The notes beneath the pieces were generated by a model. It searched no databases. It had not been told where the DNA came from and worked only from the letters and a program-made list of their open reading frames with translations. Both the position numbers and the translations under genes were made by a program. From Eledone cirrhosa (taxonomy: Eukaryota), in contig OZ024760.1 of assembly GCA_964016885.1 (NCBI GenBank), forward strand, positions 1,116,001 to 1,180,000: DNA of 64,000 nt. The letters run 5' to 3'. Positions 1 to 16,254 of this stretch are shown here, one piece after another; position 1 is the stretch's first letter, and each line of letters begins with the position of its first letter.

Positions 1-106
1 GAAATAAAGTGTCTTGCTCAAGGACATAACGCATCGCCTGGTCCAGGAATCGAACTCACAACCTTACGATTGCGAATCCATTTCTTTAACCACTCAGTCA
101 CATGCC
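1..106 (-). mobile_element. tRNA-derived CORE-like SINE, 5' part
   Basis: Reverse complement gives an A-box (tgactgagtgg), a B-box (gagttcgattcc) and ccttgagcaagacacttt; related to 5053-5390 and 31490-31612. Confidence 0.8.
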
Positions 107-487
107 TATATATATATAATCACTCAGTCACACATATATATATATATATATATAATATTTACACACACATATATATATATATATAATATATATATACACA
201 TATATATATATATATATATACATATATATAATATATATATATATAAACACCAACCACATTTACTGTGTGGACTAGGAGCCTTTTTACCATGTCTCCTACA
301 CGACCACTTCACTGTGTGGTCCAGGTGCTTTTTGTCATGTCACCTACACAACCACTTTACAGTGGACGGAAGTTGGAGGATGGAGTAGGGCATGTATATG
401 TGTGTATATATATATAGATATATAAATAGCGATAATAATAAATGTGAAGACTAAAATCCGAAGAGGGTTCAATAAGGATAATATGTA

Positions 488-731
488 TCATCATCATCAT
501 CATCATTTTACGTCCGCTTTTCCCTGCTTGCAAGGGTGGGACGGGTCTTATTCAGCACAGCATCTCTCCACTCGTCACGGTCCATCGTCATCTCCACCGT
601 GAGCTTCAATGATCTGAGGTCTGTTCTCACCACCTCCGCCCATGTTTTTCGTGGGCTACCTCTACCACGTCTTCCTCCAACTGGCAATTCCTGGCACTTC
701 TTCACCCATCGGTCATCCTCCATGCGCATCT
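488..731 (-). mobile_element. RTE-type LINE 3' end (family A)
   Basis: MRMEDDRWVKK...GRRGRGSPRKTWAEVV..DL...DRDEWR..., stop codon running into a (TGA)n tail. Confidence 0.85.
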
Positions 732-819
732 GTATATAAATATATATCCTCCATGCTCCATATGTATATAAATATATATAAAAACCGTAGAGCAAATATT
801 TATTAAAATAACAGATTAA

Positions 820-900
820 AGTTTAAGCAAAGAATCGCTGCTTTCACCTTTCATCAGAAGATCCCGTTAAGAGTGAAAGGAACGATTCTTTGCTTAAACT
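820..900. repeat. Short fold-back with degenerate hammerhead core on minus strand
   Basis: AGTTTAAGCAAAGAATCG / CGATTCTTTGCTTAAACT arms; TCATCAG at 851-857; ends at (TA)n. Confidence 0.55.
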
Positions 901-1182
901 TATATATATATATATATATATATATATGAAGTAATTCCATAGGAAAGGTCCAGGAAAAAAGAGTGCTCTATGTAAGTTACAGCTAGTGGTCGGTCATGGT
1001 AGCCATTATTATTCTTCCCCCGCCCCCTCCAGCCTCACTTTCATATCTGTTATATTTTTGTTTTTCAAAACCACTGTCAATAAAGACACCAGGATTTTTT
1101 CATTCAGATGAATGAAAGAAATTTTGGTTGCTTTCAAGAAACCACTGGTAAAGGAAATAATTATCTTATGTTGTTTATTACA

Positions 1183-1222
<40 letters not shown>

Positions 1223-2009
1223 TATATTATATTTAGAGTTTAAACTCAAACAGTCATTTACAATTAATTAGCTCAAAGAAAGAAGCATTTCTGAGCCGTG
1301 AGTTTGTGTATATTGATTTATTATTTTAAATCGATACAGGCAAGCTATATTTATTTGAATTAGTTTATTTCATTCTAGCTAACTTCGTCTTTTACAATAC
1401 AAACACTTAGGTGTTTATCATATATTAATTTATATTAACTTGTATATATATATATATATCACCATCATCATCATCATTTAACATCCATTTTCCACGCCAC
1501 TTACATAACATTTAAAAGTCCAGATGCAATGCATTTAGATTTACAATCTGCAGAAAAAATAAAGTATTCAATACAAAGAGTTGAGTTTATTTAAATAATT
1601 ATATACAGATATATATTTTAAATTAAATACACACACACACACACACATATATATATATGCACTTATACATGTATCCCACTCAGTGAACTTTTGAATTGCT
1701 TATGTATGTGTGTGTTTGTGTATATATTTGTGTGTGCGTGTTTGTGTGTGTATTTAATTTAAAATTCTACTTTAAATATTTTGTTTAGGTTAATATTAAA
1801 GAACAGTTGGTACATATTGTATACTAAGGTCTGTGTGTAGTGTAGTGTAGTTAGTGTGTGTGTTTGTATCTGTGTTAGTGTGTGTATATGTGTTAGTGTG
1901 TATATAACCATAACTGCTCTGTGTGTTCATGGCTTCCTACAGCATCACAGCAAGATATATGTTTGTGTGTGTTAATGTATATTTATATTGTTGTGTTAGT
2001 GTGTGTATA

Positions 2010-3085
<1,076 letters not shown>

Positions 3086-3204
3086 ACACTACACAAGTGT
3101 GTATATGTTATACACACAGGAGTGCAATATTTCAAATGCACTAAATATCATTGACTGGGTCCACAGAAGAATTTAATCAGTTGTAAAAACAACAAAAATA
3201 CATA

Positions 3205-3692
3205 ATGGTGATGGAGGGGGTGGCACTAATGGTGGTGGTGAGGTTGGTGGTGGGGTTGGTGGTGGGGTTGGTGGTGGTGGTGAGGTTGGTGGTGGGGTTG
3301 TTGGTGGTGGTGGTGAGGTTGGTGGTGGTAGTGGTGGTGGTGATGTTGGTGGTGGTGGTGGTGAGGTTGGTGGTGGTAGTGGTGGTGGTGATGTTGGTGG
3401 TGGTAGTGGTGGTGGTGGTGGTAGTGGTGGTGGTGATGTTGGTAGTGGTGGTGGTGGTGGTGGTCTTTGTTGCCATGTGTATAATGATAGTTGTTTTTGC
3501 TGTAGTGTTGTCTGTGGTGGTAGTGGTCGTCGTCATGGTGATGGCGGCTGTGGTCTTTGCAGCCATGAGTATGATGATGGTTGTGGTTGCTGTAGTGTTG
3601 GTGGTTGTCATGGTAGCCATTAGTACAGTGATGGTGGTAGTGTTGGTGGTAGTGTTGGTAGCTTTGACCATAATGTTGGTGTTGTTGTTGGT
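3205..3692. repeat. (GGT)n-type trinucleotide repeat
   Basis: Direct reading. Confidence 0.9.
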
Positions 3693-4325
3693 CACTCACC
3701 TCACCCCACCCCACCTCATCCCCACCCCTGCTCACCTCATCCCCACCTCACCTCACTTCAACTCTTACCTGTCTATCATCACCTGAGTCTAACTGAAGCT
3801 CCTCTAATTTCTAATCAAGTTCAGGTGTTGTTTGGTCCACTTCGCAGATGTTGGTGCTGTTGTTGGTCACTCACCTCACCCCACCTCACCTCACCCCCAC
3901 CCCACCTCACCCCCACCCCACCTCACCTCACCCCCACCCCACCTCACCTCATCCCCACCCCACCTCACCTCAACTCTTACCTGTCTATCATCACCTGAAT
4001 CTAACTGAAGCTCCTCTAATTTCTAATCAAGTTCAGGTGTTGTTTGGTCCACTTGGCAGATGTTTGAAGACATAACTGCTTTAAGGTTTCCTGGAATGGA
4101 AACATAACACAGCAGACTTCTTGTCTTTCAGTTCCGTGTCTGCAGAAAGGGAAATCTTTTTATGGTTGCAAACAAATGAGATTTCTATTTGCAATCAAAT
4201 TTGAAATATTTGGGGAGATGCACTATATTGCAAGAGTTGTGAACATGTATGGACCTGTTATTTTTATCTAAAGACATTTTTTCCAATTCCAACCTGCCCG
4301 TCCCTTCAATCTATTTCTCATTCTT

Positions 4326-4361
4326 TCTTCTGATGAAGGACTAGCGTCCGAAATGTTAAGA
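4326..4361 (+). ncRNA. Minimal hammerhead motif in a dispersed ~180-bp repeat (4273-4450)
   Basis: TCTT-CTGATGA-A-GGAC-TAGC-GTCC-GAAA-TG-TT-AAGA. A second copy (35295-35330, minus) has palindromic ACGT in stem III but a mutated core. Confidence 0.8.
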
Positions 4362-4598
4362 CCCTCTTCCTGCTATTTCAAGCGTTAACCTAATATATTC
4401 CTTCCATATACTGTACCAATTGTGTTGTTATTTCTGTTTACTTTTTACATACATATATATATATCACCTTGATCACCTTGATCGACCAGTCTGTCGGGCG
4501 CCATTCGGCGCCGCTGGTCACAGCACGTGCTGTTTTAGCCATACAATGACGCCATCCCACTGGCTGGGCGGGTAGGCCGACATATATATATATATATG

Positions 4599-4630
<32 letters not shown>

Positions 4631-4727
4631 AAGTATTTCCGTAGAAAAGGTAAAGGAAAGAAGAGTGCTCTATGTATAGAGCAGAGCTATTTCATTATAT
4701 AATAAACAACACAATATAATTATTCCA

Positions 4728-4792
4728 TTACCCAAGGTTTCACGAGACAGGCGACCCCAACGGAGGCGTCCAAAATCGTTCATCAGAAGTAA
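4728..4792 (-). ncRNA. Hammerhead motif within fold-back insert 4631-4850
   Basis: Reverse complement TTACTT-CTGATGA-ACGA...TCGT-GAAA-CC-TT-GGGTAA; inverted arms 4736-4774 / 4810-4850. Confidence 0.65.
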
Positions 4793-5052
4793 AATGCTGC
4801 ATGAAAAACTTTGGACGCCTCTGTTGGGGGTCACCTGTCTTTGTGAAACCTAAATTATTTTTGAAAAGCATTAGAAATGCGCAACCGGTAAAAACTTAAA
4901 ACTAAAACTGAATACTAACCAATACTTATTACTAATTTATACTTATTCCTAATTAAACTATTTTTCACTGGGAAAAATTTGTCAGCATTTTCTTTTCCTT
5001 TTACTAATATATCACAACTCATGTGTTACACCTCTATTTTTAAAAATATATA

Positions 5053-5390
5053 ACATGGCTTAGTGGTTAGAGCATTGGTCTTGCAATCGAAAGGTTGTGA
5101 GTTCAATTCTCAGACCGGGTGATGTATTGTTTCCTTGAGCAAGACACTTTATTTCACATTGCTCCAGTTTACTCAGCTGTAGAAATGAGATGAAAGGGAC
5201 TGGGGTCCCTATCATTTCACTGCAAAGTGGTCGTGGAGGTGCCACAGCAAAAAAGCACCCAGCACTCACTGTAAATGAGGTTGGTGTTAGGAAGGGCATC
5301 CAGCTGTAGAAATCAAGCCAGAATCAGTTCCCGTCCCACCCTTGCAAGCAGGGAAAAAGCGGACGTAAAATGAAATGATGATGATGATGA
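5053..5390 (+). mobile_element. Full-length tRNA/CORE-like SINE with RTE-derived tail
   Basis: A-box tggcttagtgg, B-box gagttcaattct, core ccttgagcaagacacttt; 3' end cccgtcccacccttgcaagcagggaaaa..cggacgtaaaatga shared with RTE family A. Near-identical copy at 52525-52851. Confidence 0.9.
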
Positions 5391-5844
5391 TATATATTAT
5401 ATTTGTGCAAGTTTGCGTGTATTACCATGTGTATATATATATATACATATATATATATAAATATATAATCATGTCTATATATATATATATATATATACAC
5501 ACACATGTCTGTATGTCTGTCTGTATGTATGTATGTATGTGTATGTGTGTGTGTGTTTTCACTACATGACACAGTCTGTACAATTAATTTCAGAAAATCT
5601 CCAGCAGTATTAACTATTTAGGGATCGGTTTTCTAATTAGTGACAAATTGATGCCCCTCCCGTTCTCCCCCACCACCACCAGCACCAGCGCCATCTATAT
5701 ATTGATGATACAACATTACCTGCTCTAACAAACACTACGTAACAACAACCACTTGCACCTGCATGTGTGTACGTGTGTGTACACACACAAATACATACAT
5801 GCATATACATATATATATATATATATATTTTCAAACACACACAT

Positions 5845-5900
<56 letters not shown>

Positions 5901-5990
5901 TATATATATATATATGCATATATATATATATACATGATAAATATGTATGCATATATATATATTTATATACATGATACGTATGTATATACA

Positions 5991-6037
<47 letters not shown>

Positions 6038-6787
6038 TATATATATATATATGTATGTATATACATAGATAAATATGTATGCATATATATATACATATAT
6101 ATGTATGTATATACATAGATAAATATGTATGCATATATATATACATAGATAAATATGTATGCATATATATATACATATATATATGTATGCATATATATAT
6201 ACATATATATATGTATGCATATATATATACATATATATATGTATGCATATATATATACATATATATATGTATGCATATATATATATATATATATGCATAT
6301 ATATATACATATATATATGTATGCATATATATATATACATATATATGTATGCATAAATATATACATATATATATATATACACATCCAACATATCAATATA
6401 TAAATATATTTGTACATAATATACTCACACACACATGTTCAGCCCAGCCCCACCTACCCCAGGGGTGTAGGTGGTGGTGGCAGTCACCAGTTCCCCACCC
6501 CACTTAACAAACAAGTCAGAAATCGTTGCTGGCCATTACATGACTAATGAGGGATCTAATTACACATTTTAATTAACGAGGGACCATACAAGTGGGGAGG
6601 GAAGTGAATGTGAGAGTGGCGGTGGGAGGAAGGACAGAGTCCTATCTTTAATTAGCATTCAACCCCTTGTAATATTACCTTGACCCTATCTGCACCAAGT
6701 TTACCTCTTACTTTAGGGGCCATCAGGAAAAGCGACTGAGCGAGAGTTGTTTAGCTCTAAGTTAACCCAGTTAAGCAAACTTATGGT

Positions 6788-7024
6788 TTAACTCTTTAGC
6801 ATTTACATTACTCTATATATGCTATTGTATATTTGTGGTAAAGGCTTTATCTTACATAATTATCTTACATAATAATGAATTTATGAGATTTTGATGTTAT
6901 TTATATATATATATGTAAATTGAGAACAATATTTTAACATCAGTATGAGTGGATGGTTGCAGCCGGTTGCAACAGAAAGAGGTGATAGAACATTTGCTGG
7001 ATACGGCTGGTTTAAATGCTAAAG
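6788..7024 (-). mobile_element. piggyBac-type MITE (same family as 48923-49140)
   Basis: TTAA-CTCTTTAGCATT ... AAATGCTAAAG termini; internal sequence is the reverse complement of the 48923 copy. Confidence 0.7.
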
Positions 7025-7269
7025 CTGAGGTCTGCAGCATATTTCATTGGCCATCAGGGAAAGAGAATGAGAGAGAGGGTGTTGTTGTTTAGCTCTAGCT
7101 TAACCCAGTTAAGCAAACTTATGGTTTAACTCTTTAGCATTTACATTACTCTATATATGCTATTGTTTATTTGTGGTAAAGGCTTTAACTAAACTATAAT
7201 AAAGTAAGGAGTGCGGGACTGCGTACGGTTTATTTGTTTTAATCCAGTTAGTAAAATAAGTTGGATTAC

Positions 7270-7887
7270 TTTGAATAAATAATTGTTTTTACTTTTGGCA
7301 CAAGGCCAGCAATTACCCAGTGCATTACTGGTACTTTATTTTATCGACCCCGTAAGGATGAAAGGCAAAGTCAACTTTAAATAAATAATTGTTTTTACTT
7401 TTGGCACAAGGCCAGCAATTACCCAGTGCATTACTGGTACTTTATTTTATGGACCCCGTAAGGATGAAAGGCAAAGTCAACTTTAAATAAATAATTGTTT
7501 TTACTTTTGGCACAAGGCCAGCAATTACCCAGTGCATTACTGGTACTTTATTTTATGGACCCCGTAAGGATGAAAGGCAAAGTCAACTTTAAATAAATAA
7601 TTGTTTTTACTTTTGGCACAAGGCCAGCAATTACCCAGTGCATTACTGGTACTTTATTTTATGGACCCCGTAAGGATGAAAGGCAAAGTCAACTTTAAAT
7701 AAATAATTGTTTTTACTTTTGGCACAAGGCCAGCAATTACCCAGTGCATTACTGGTACTTTATTTTATCGACCCCGTAAGGATGAAAGGCAAAGTCAACC
7801 TCGGCGGGATTTGAACTCAGATCGTAAAGGGACGTAACTATGCTGGAAAGCATGGCGTCCGACTCTCCACCGATACTGCCAATCCAC
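7270..7887 (-). mobile_element. tRNA-derived SINE (second family) with five tandem copies of its 106-bp 3' segment
   Basis: Head at 7800-7887 (B-box gagttcaaatcc on minus); unit anchors at 7351, 7457, 7563, 7669, 7775. Core gcctttcatcct..ggggtcgataaaat resembles the MetaSINE domain as I recall it. Confidence 0.85.
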
Positions 7888-8507
7888 CGCCAATCCAACT
7901 TTAAATAAATAATGAATGAATATTACATAATTTATCTACTAAATTTCGTAGCTGTTGATTAAATATATTTTATTACTTATTTAAATATTCACTTCTTTAA
8001 AATTTTCAAATGTCAAGACTTCCGGTTAGCGATCGCTTAAATAAAGATTCATATATTTCCGTCGCTAATTTTCTCCTAATGCAGTTTATATATAATATCG
8101 TCTTTTTTTAATGTATCATGGATTACGTTACTGATTACATAAGACAGTGTAACGCAGTCTTCGTTCAATTTCTGTGTATACTGTTCCATTACCAAATAAT
8201 TGTTTCTACTTTAGGCACAAGGCCAGCAATTACCCAGTGCATTACTGGTACTTTATTTTATCGACCCCGTAAGGATGAAAGGCAAAGTTAACCTCAGCGG
8301 GATTAGAACTCAGACTGTATGGTCTGCCTGGTGCTAGAATAGTGCCATACAGAGAGATAGAACATAGAACTTTAGACTATTGTGATTAGGAATCAAACCT
8401 CTTAGTAACTCACAGACATTCATTGTAGAAGAATGTTTTGGTGTAAGGATGTTTTGGTAAGTTCCCATTCAACAAGGTTTGTCTGGCATGTGACTGAAAG
8501 GTATATC

Positions 8508-8560
<53 letters not shown>

Positions 8561-8563
<3 letters not shown>

Positions 8564-8940
8564 TACAGTCAGTAGGCACCTCTTAACCAAATATACACCC
8601 CCATACCACTACCCAACTCCCCCACCCCCATCAACACCGCCCCTTTCTCTGTAAAGTTATGTTGGTACCACAACATCCAGTCCGAAACAAATGACGTTGT
8701 GTAGGTGTCACGACAAAAAAAAAACACACAGTCCACGCTGTAATGTGGCCGTGTAGGTAACACGGTAAAAACCTCCCGGTCTACACTGTAAACGTGGTTG
8801 GTGTTAGGAAGGGCATCCGGCCGTAGAAAGCCTGCCAGACAGTCCTATACGAGCGAGACAACCAATCTTGCCTCAAGTGGGACAACTCCTGTCTAAACCC
8901 ATGCTAGCATGGAAGATAGACGTTAAACGATGATGATGAT
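8561..8940 (+). mobile_element. RTE family B 3'UTR fragment
   Basis: Reverse complement matches 36068-36452; ends in (GAT)n. Confidence 0.75.
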
Positions 8941-9635
8941 TATATATATATATATTCCAACACATACACAGACATATCCACAGGCACCCAAACATTCACT
9001 GGAGAAGGATGTTTGGTAGCACCCATTCTGTAAGGCCTGGTTGGCATGTGGCCCAAAGATAAGCTTCATTTAACATGTTAAGTTCCTTGCCAAATTGATT
9101 TGAACTTTAAACTGTTATAGGTACTCTCTCATCTCAGTCCCACCCTCTCTTAGTATGCATGTGTGTATGTATATATATATATATATATATGTGTGTGTAT
9201 GTTTATATATATATATGTAAATGTGTGTGTATATATATGTGTATCTGTCTGTATATATATGTGTGTACCTGTGTGTATATATATATATACATACGTGTAT
9301 ATATATATATGTATGTGTGTGTGCAGATATATATGTGTGTGTGTATATATATATATGTGTGTGTGTATATATATATATGTAGGTATGTATGTGTGTGTGT
9401 GTATATATATATAATGTAGGTATGTATACGTGTGTGTATATATATATATGGGTGTGTATATATATGTATGTGTGTCTATATATATATATATATACATATA
9501 TATGAGTATATATATATAGAGAGAGAGAGACACACATATGTCTATATATACATACAAGTGCCCAACAAATCTACTGAACACCTTGAAGTGCATGTCTTTG
9601 TTTATCTTGTTTTGGGATGGTGTTTCTAGTGCAGT

Positions 9636-10410
9636 ACACACATACCCATAAACACACACACACACACATACCCATAAACACACACACACACACACACATA
9701 CCCATAAACACACATACACATACCCATAAACACACACACACACACACATACCCATAAACACACACACACATACCCATAAACACACACACACACACACACA
9801 CATACCCATAAACACACACACACACACATACCCATAAACACACACACACATACCCATAAACACACACACACATACCCATAAACACACACACATACCCATA
9901 AACACACACATACATACCCATAAACACACACACACACACACACATACCCATAAACACACACACCCACCCACCCATAAACACACACACACACATACCCATA
10001 AACACACACATACATACCCATAAACACACACACACATACCCATAAACACACACACACACACACACACATACCCATAAACACACACACACACATACCCATA
10101 CACACACATACCCATAAACACACACACACACACACACCCATAAACACACACACACACACACCCATAAACACACACACACACATACCCATAAACACACACA
10201 CACACATACCCATAAACACACATACACACACACACCCATAAACACACACACACACACACCCATAAACACACACACACACACATACCCATAAACACACACA
10301 CACACACACACCCATAAACACACACACACACACATACCCATAAACACACACACACACACATACCCATAAACACACACACACACACACGTACCCATAAACA
10401 CACACACACA
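9636..10410. repeat. Compound minisatellite TACCCATAAA(CA)n
   Basis: Direct reading. Confidence 0.92.
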
Positions 10411-10414
10411 TTAA

Positions 10415-11247
10415 CCCTTCCATTACCATATTTCATTAGGGGATTGGCAGCATCGGTAGAGCATTGAACCCCCTGCTTATCAACATAGCGACAGCCCTTT
10501 AATTCTGAGTTCAAATCTTACTGAGGTTAGCTTTGCATTTCATCCTTACTGGGTCAATAAACTAAAGTACCAGTTATGCATTGGGGTTGATTTAATTGAC
10601 TTCCCCCTCCCCAAAAATTGTTGGCCTTGTGCCTAAATCAGAAACCGTTATAAATATGGCTATAGAAAGATTAGTTAGTGTTTATATTTACCTAAAAACT
10701 TTCCATCATAATTTTCTACAAGAAACTGTGTTAAGTTATGTTCCAAACAGCCTAATAATGATGTTCATTATATTTTTTAATGTTTCTGAATTCTTGATTA
10801 TTTTCAAAATTATTTCAAAACCATAAATAGTGTCTTTCATTTATATTTAACTAAAAACCCTCCATCACAACTTTATAGAAGAACCTTTGTTAAGTTATGT
10901 TCCAAAACCAGCTTAATAATCAGAAAGTTATGTTACTAAATCCCTCCAAACTTTTGATTATTTTAAAAATTATTTCAAAACCATAGACAGTGTCCTTCAT
11001 TAGAATTATGGTTGCAAGAGTGTTTATTTATATCTAAAAACCTTTCATCATAATTTTATGTAAGAACCTTTGTTAAGTTATGTTCCAAGCACCAGGTTAA
11101 TTTTGTTACTATATTCCAGCAAATTTCTTTTTTCCAATAAGTAAGAAGTTCATTATATTTTAAAATATTTTCCAATTCTTGATTATTTTCAAAATGATTT
11201 GAAAATCATGGGCAAAGTATTTCATTAAAAATATGGGATCAGAAGGG
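10415..11247. mobile_element. Degenerate TTAA-type MITE with internal ~170-bp repeats, interrupted by a SINE (10441-10650)
   Basis: TTAA-CCCTTC..CCATATTT / AAATATGG..GAAGGG ends; internal units are the reverse complement of 42750-43010, which also starts TTAA-CCCTTT. Confidence 0.5.
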
Positions 11248-11626
11248 TTCCCTATCCTATCCCAGTCTTGGTTGTCATGTGATCTCTCAATTCGGAGAAC
11301 TAGAGACCCTACCTGGAGTGACTCTCTGATCTCCGACCAGGGAGTGGTGGTGGTGGTGGTGGTATTAGGTAATAATGCACAATCTTGTTTGGTTAGTTGA
11401 TTGGTTGGTGGAGTCATGATTTGAGTAAGATGGGGATTTCTAATGGGGGTGGGGTAGGGTGGGGTCTGCGATGAATAAATAACAATTCCTTTTTCTAAAA
11501 TTGCAGGTGTTCTTTCTACTAGCCCAATAATAGCTAAACACACCCTCCCTTCCCTAGCATTATAAAGATAAGAAACAACAACTGCAATAGATAACACACA
11601 TATCATTTTATATTGCTTTGTTCTAG

Positions 11627-11658
<32 letters not shown>

Positions 11659-11820
11659 GGTGGTTTATTTGTTTGTTAGGTTGTTGGTTTTTACCAGGAA
11701 GTAAAAATTGTTTTGTTTGAGCCACAGAAGAAAAAGCCTCCTCTACATGGTCGTTTGACCTGCTAGAAATAGAAGTCAAATCTCTCATGCACCACAATCT
11801 ACTTATTTCTTCTTTTCTTA

Positions 11821-11994
11821 CCCACCTATTCATGAGAGGGTCATGGGGAAAGAGACCCACCTATTCATGAGAGGGTCATGGGGAAAGAGACCCACCTATT
11901 CATGAGAGGGTCATGGGGAAAGAGACCCACCTATTCATGAGAGGGTCATGGGGAAAGAGACCCACCTATTCATGAGAGGGTCATGGGGAAAGAG
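11821..11994. repeat. 35-bp tandem repeat x5
   Basis: CCCACCTATTCATGAGAGGGTCATGGGGAAAGAGA. Confidence 0.95.
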
Positions 11995-12408
11995 TCCTCA
12001 AATACTCCCTCCAGCGGGTCGGGTCCTGTCAGAAACAACCGTCTCCAACCGATCCGACTGGATCTCCAAGTGTGACCAGCCAAGCTTATGGATGTTATCC
12101 AACCACCTTGCTCAGAGTCTACCCCTGGGTCTCCTACTTGCTGGTTTCACCTGTAAAATCTCTCCATAGATTCTTTAAAAAAAAAGTAAAAAAAAAAAAG
12201 TAAGTACATCTTAGGCAATGTAGTCTTAGATATACAAACCCGTCAATGTACAGATGTCACTTACAGAAGAAATGGCATTTTGTCAGTAATATATGGAGAC
12301 CCAATTTGGAACTACCAATATCGGAAGTTCATTGATCTCCATATCACCAGTTTATTTACCCTTAACATGCAGTCTGATGAAGGCATATCCACTTAATTAC
12401 CATTGCGT

Positions 12409-12723
12409 AAGTTGTCATTATGTATAACTACAAACACCATAGAAATACGTATAAAAGCATAAGTTGTCATTATGCAATAACTACAGACACCACAGAAATA
12501 ACTATAACAGCATAAGTTGTCATTATGCAATAACTACAGACACCACAGAAATAACTATAACAGCATAAGTTGTCATTATGCAATAACTACAGACACCACA
12601 GAAATAACTATAACAGCATAAGTTGTCATTATGCAATAACTACAGACACCACAGAAATAACTATAACAGCATAAGTTGTCATTTTGCATTAACTACACAC
12701 ACCACAGAAATACGTATAACTAC
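12409..12723. repeat. 53-bp tandem repeat x6 inside a hammerhead-like motif
   Basis: Units at 12409, 12461, 12514, 12567, 12620, 12673; CTGATGA at 12374 upstream. Confidence 0.9.
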
Positions 12724-13228
12724 AAATCTATCTAATAAAGGGAATTTATGGACATGTTTTCATATATGTATGTATCTATGTAAATATATATATGAGTGTC
12801 TGGGGTTCCAGAGTATATTTATATTATGACCATATAAGAATATTAGATGTTGGGGTCCCCCTCCCCCAAAGTTTCTCAACTAAAAAGGGTTCTATGCTTG
12901 AAAAAGTTTGGGAAACCCTGATATATATATATATATATTAATAGAGTTTAATGAATCCTTTCCAGCACAGCCTCCTTCCCTTTCTCTCTCCATCTTGCCC
13001 CCTTGCTCTCCCTCTCTCTCGCCTCCTTTCTCTCTCTCCCCATCGCCCCCCCCCCTCTCTCTCTCTATATATATATATATTTGGTGTTAGGAAGGGACTC
13101 CAACTGTAGAAAACCTGCCAGATATTCCTATACCAGTGAGACACGGTCACCCGACCAATCTTGCCTCAAGTGGGACAACTCCCATCTAACCCATGCTAGC
13201 GTGGAAGATGATGGACGTTAAGTGATGA

Positions 13229-13283
<55 letters not shown>

Positions 13284-13442
13284 GTATTAAGGATACTATT
13301 TATGGTTATGTATATACTAAAACTTTTTATAGTTATATATATTTTAAACCCTAAACAGTGAAAGGCAGTAATTTATTACTACCTTATTCCCAGTAAGATA
13401 AATAGCTCAATGTAATAACATCAGTTGTTCTACAGAGCAGTT

Positions 13443-14695
13443 ATATAGAAATCACAGGAATCAAAGTTATGTTCAAACCATTTATTAGCTTACAATTGTT
13501 TCGTCCAAACCGAGGTTTGGAGTCTTCGGAGCATTTTTCAATGATTGTTTACATACATGACCTCCTTTCCAACACAAGAGACATACAGAAGCATATGTAT
13601 ATATCGATGCACAGTGGGGTGACATATATTATAATATTTTTGTATGGCAATTTAAATTCAAAAATTAAAATCATATTAAAAGAAAATTAAAACAAAATTA
13701 AAGTTAAAATACAACATCGGCAGTTTACGAAGATAATGCAAGAGGATAGTTTGAAGTAGTTAGTGTATGCAATAGTTACACGTGGGGCATGCACGTGTGT
13801 CTTATTTATATAAGATTATTGTGCGGCAAGGTGTTATATGCAATACAAGCACTTTAAGCGGGTAATCAAGAGTATTATGGGGGTTGTATTGGTAAAGTAT
13901 TTTTTATGTATGATAAAGAAGCTTGTGTGCAGAGAAATATTAAAAATGAGAAGCAAAATAATGTTATGGTTTTTGTATACACCACCCTTTTCACAATCCA
14001 GGAAACGTAATATATAGAATATATGTCCTTCACATAATTAACGATGGTTCAGTATTGGATGTTTCATGTATTAGGTTAGATTATTACAGCTTGTTGCGGC
14101 TCAGTGATCTTTAATCCAATTTTATAGAGCAGGTTGTTTTTGTTGCGAGAATTTACAACGTTTTATTTTCCGGAAGTATTTTGCTTCTCATTTTTAATAT
14201 TTCTCTGCACACAAGCTTCTTTATCACACATAAAAAATACTTTACCAATACAACCCCCATAATACTCTTGATTACCCACTTAAAGTGCTTGTATTGCATA
14301 TAACACCTTGCCGCACAATAATCTTATATAAATAAGACACACGTGCATGCCCCACGTGTAACTATTGCATACACTAACTACTTCAAACTATCCTCATGTA
14401 TTATCTTCGTAAACTGCCGATGTTGTATTTTAACTTTAATTTTGTTTTAATTTTCTTTTAATATGATTTTAATTTTTGAATTTAAATTGCCATGCAAAAA
14501 TATTATAATGGCTGTCACCCCACTGTGCATCGATATATACATATGCTTCTGTATGTCTCTTGTGTTGGAAAGGAGGTCATGTATGTAAACAATCATTGAA
14601 AAATTGCTCCGAAGACTCCAAACCTCGGTTTGGACGAAACAATTGTAAGCTAATAAATGGTTTGAACAGAACTTTGATTCCTGTGATTTCTATAT
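13443..14695. mobile_element. Fold-back element, ~518-bp arms with 216-bp spacer, one HHR-like motif per arm
   Basis: 13443-13960 is the reverse complement of 14177-14695 with scattered substitutions; bounded by (TA)n. Confidence 0.9.
14606..14650 (+). ncRNA. Variant hammerhead motif (mirror at 13488-13532, minus)
   Basis: GCT-CCGAAGA-C-TCCAAAC-CTCG-GTTTGGA-C-GAAA-CAATTG-TA-AGC; perfect palindromic stem III ACAATTGT; U4C and C-C at 10.1/11.1. Confidence 0.65.
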
Positions 14696-14698
14696 TTC

Positions 14699-16254
<1,556 letters not shown>

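Noticed and set aside
3177-3786. Thr-rich mucin-like or His-rich ORFs (also 41751, 43915, 45600)
   Set aside because: Trinucleotide repeats open in several frames on both strands; no signal peptide or splice evidence.
5053-5120. tRNA genes at SINE heads
   Set aside because: A/B boxes are present but run directly into SINE bodies, with no proper acceptor stem.
11160-11606. 148-aa minus ORF with hydrophobic N-terminus
   Set aside because: Runs through simple repeats and MITE sequence; no recognisable domain.
13961-14176. Fold-back spacer as a GIY-YIG remnant (LYKIG on minus)
   Set aside because: Single short match followed by a stop; no other motifs.
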